Origin: Eledone cirrhosa
Taxonomy: Eukaryota
Assembly (NCBI GenBank): GCA_964016885.1
Contig: OZ024752.1
Location: 16,678,001 to 16,742,000 of the forward strand
Direction of reading: 5' to 3'
Length of the DNA stretch: 64,000 nucleotides
Part shown: one piece after another, positions 62,808 to 64,000 of the stretch
Layout of the letters: the number at the start of each line of letters is the position of its first letter
Position numbering within the stretch: the stretch's first letter is position 1
Position numbers and translations under genes: made by a program
Notes under the pieces: generated by a model
Seen by the model: only the letters and a program-made list of their open reading frames with translations
Told to the model about the DNA's origin: nothing
Databases searched by the model: none

Positions 62808-64000
62808 ATGGGAAGGATCACTCTGATGTCAGCCAAGTGTGGTAGTCTGTCTAGGGGAAGGATCACTCTGATGTCACCCGTGTGTGGTAGTCTGTTATGG
62901 GAAGGATCACTCTGATGTCAGCGTGTGTGGTAGTCTGTTATGGGAAGGATCACTCTGATGTCAGCCGTGTGTGGTAGTCTGTTATGGGAAGGATCATTCC
63001 GATGTCAGCCGTGTGTGGTAGTCTGTCTAGGGGAAGGATCACTCTGATGTCAGCCGTGTGTGGTAGTCTGTCTAGGTTAAGGATCACTATGATGTCAGCC
63101 AAGTGTGGTAGTCTGTCTAGGGGAAGGATCACTCTGATGTCAGCCGTGTGTGGTAGTCTGTTATGGGAAGGATCACTCTGATGTCAGCTGTGTTTGGTAG
63201 TCTGTTATGGGAAGGATCACTCCGATGTCAGCCGTGTGTGGTAGTCTGTCTAGGGGAAGGATTACTCTGATGTCAGCTGTGTGTGGTAGTCTGTTATGAG
63301 AAGGATCACTCTGATGTCAGCCGTGTGTGGTAGTCTGTTATGGGAAGGATCACTCTGATGTCAGCCGTGTGTGGTAGTCTGTTATGGGAAGGATCACTCT
63401 GATGTCAGCCAAGTGTGGTAGTATGTCTAGGGGAAGGATCACTCTGATGTCAGCCGTGTGTGGTAGTCTGTTATGGGAAGGATCATTCTGATGTCAGCTG
63501 TGTGTGGTAGTCTGTTATGGGAAGGATCACTCTGATGTCAGCTGTGTGTGGTAGTCTGTTATGGGAAGGATCACTCTGATGTCAGCAGTGTGTGGTAGTC
63601 TGTTATGGGAAGGATCACTCTGATGTCAGCCAAGTGTGGTAGTGTGTCTAGGGGAAGGATCACTCTGATGTCAGCCGTGTGTGGTAGTCTGTTATGGGAA
63701 GGATCACTCTGATGTCAGCGTGTGTGGTAGTCTGTTATGGGAAGGATCACTCTGATGTCAGCCAAGTGTGGTAGTCTGTCTAAGGGAAGGATCACTCTGA
63801 TGTCAGCCGTGTGTGGTAGTCTGTTATGGGAAGGATCACTCTGATGTCAGCCGTGTGTGGTAGTCTGTTATGGGAAGGATCACTCCGATGTCAGCCGTGT
63901 GTGGTAGTCTGTCTAGGGGAAGGATCACTCTGATGTCAGCCGTGTGTGGTAGTCTGTCTAGGTGAAGGATCACTCTGATGTCAGCCAAGTGTGGTAGTCT

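Larger units (their letters stand above)
1..64000. repeat. 45-bp tandem satellite array (~1,430 monomers; consensus GATCACTCTGATGTCAGCCGTGTGTGGTAGTCTGTCTAGGGGAAG), running off both window ends
   Basis: The same monomer repeats head-to-tail in one orientation on every line. Common alleles are GCCG/GCTG/GTCA/GCCAA and CTAGGGG/CTAAGGG/CTAGGTG/TTATGGG (44 bp). No unique sequence was seen. The monomer count is an estimate from length. Confidence 0.99.

Noticed and set aside
202-63181. Repeat ORFs annotated as protein-coding genes
   Set aside because: They follow automatically from a 45-bp unit with one stop-free frame per strand. There are no unique termini or domains, and the ORFs end wherever a 44/52-bp monomer or a GGA>TGA allele falls.
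1-64000. CRISPR array
   Set aside because: There are no unique spacers (the variable part differs by only a few bases), no leader and no cas genes.
1-64000. Satellite-encoded hammerhead ribozyme (CTGATG...GAA resembles CUGANGA...GAAA, as in newt and schistosome satellites)
   Set aside because: The consensus has CUGAUGU and GAAG rather than the required CUGANGA and GAAA, and I could not build stems I-III. An Infernal search with Rfam hammerhead models on monomer and dimer would settle it.
1-64000. Box C/D snoRNA or tRNA tandem cluster
   Set aside because: CTGA and TGATG overlap rather than flank a guide, box C is not RUGAUGA, the unit is too short, and there are no cloverleaf or A/B boxes.
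1-64000. Telomeric repeat or G-quadruplex array (CTAGGGG, TTATGGG)
   Set aside because: There is only one run of three or more Gs per monomer, ~40 nt apart, and no tandem TTAGGG-type tract. A subtelomeric location cannot be inferred from this.
1-64000. Inversion or transposon insertion within the array
   Set aside because: No reverse-complement monomers and no non-satellite sequence were seen in reading the window.

Overview
The whole 64-kb window is one uninterrupted head-to-tail satellite array of roughly 1,430 monomers. The consensus is the 45-bp GATCACTCTGATGTCAGCCGTGTGTGGTAGTCTGTCTAGGGGAAG (53% GC, G+T-rich + strand). A common 44-bp allele ends ...TCTGTTATGGGAAG, and rarer 42/43/52-bp monomers occur. 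I see no unique sequence, inversion, transposon, RNA gene or credible conventional gene. All ORFs in the track are translations of the repeat: MSAVCGSLSRGRITL on + and ILPLDRLPHTADIRV on -. The information lies in the order of variant monomers, which records nested higher-order repeats (HORs). These are a ~2-5 kb cycle punctuated by a 52-bp monomer, 1.7/1.9-kb and ~7.7-kb duplications, an older 17,887-bp duplication and a very recent 15,299-bp tandem duplication with a mappable junction at 19,508-19,536. A distinct, almost indel-free 45-bp-only domain (~50.0-58.2 kb) has its own 1,305-bp duplication and is followed by a 2,298-bp duplication. The single consensus CpG is the most variable site, suggesting a CpG-methylating eukaryote. 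I do not recognise the satellite family or organism, and function (centromeric, subtelomeric, coding) cannot be decided from sequence alone.
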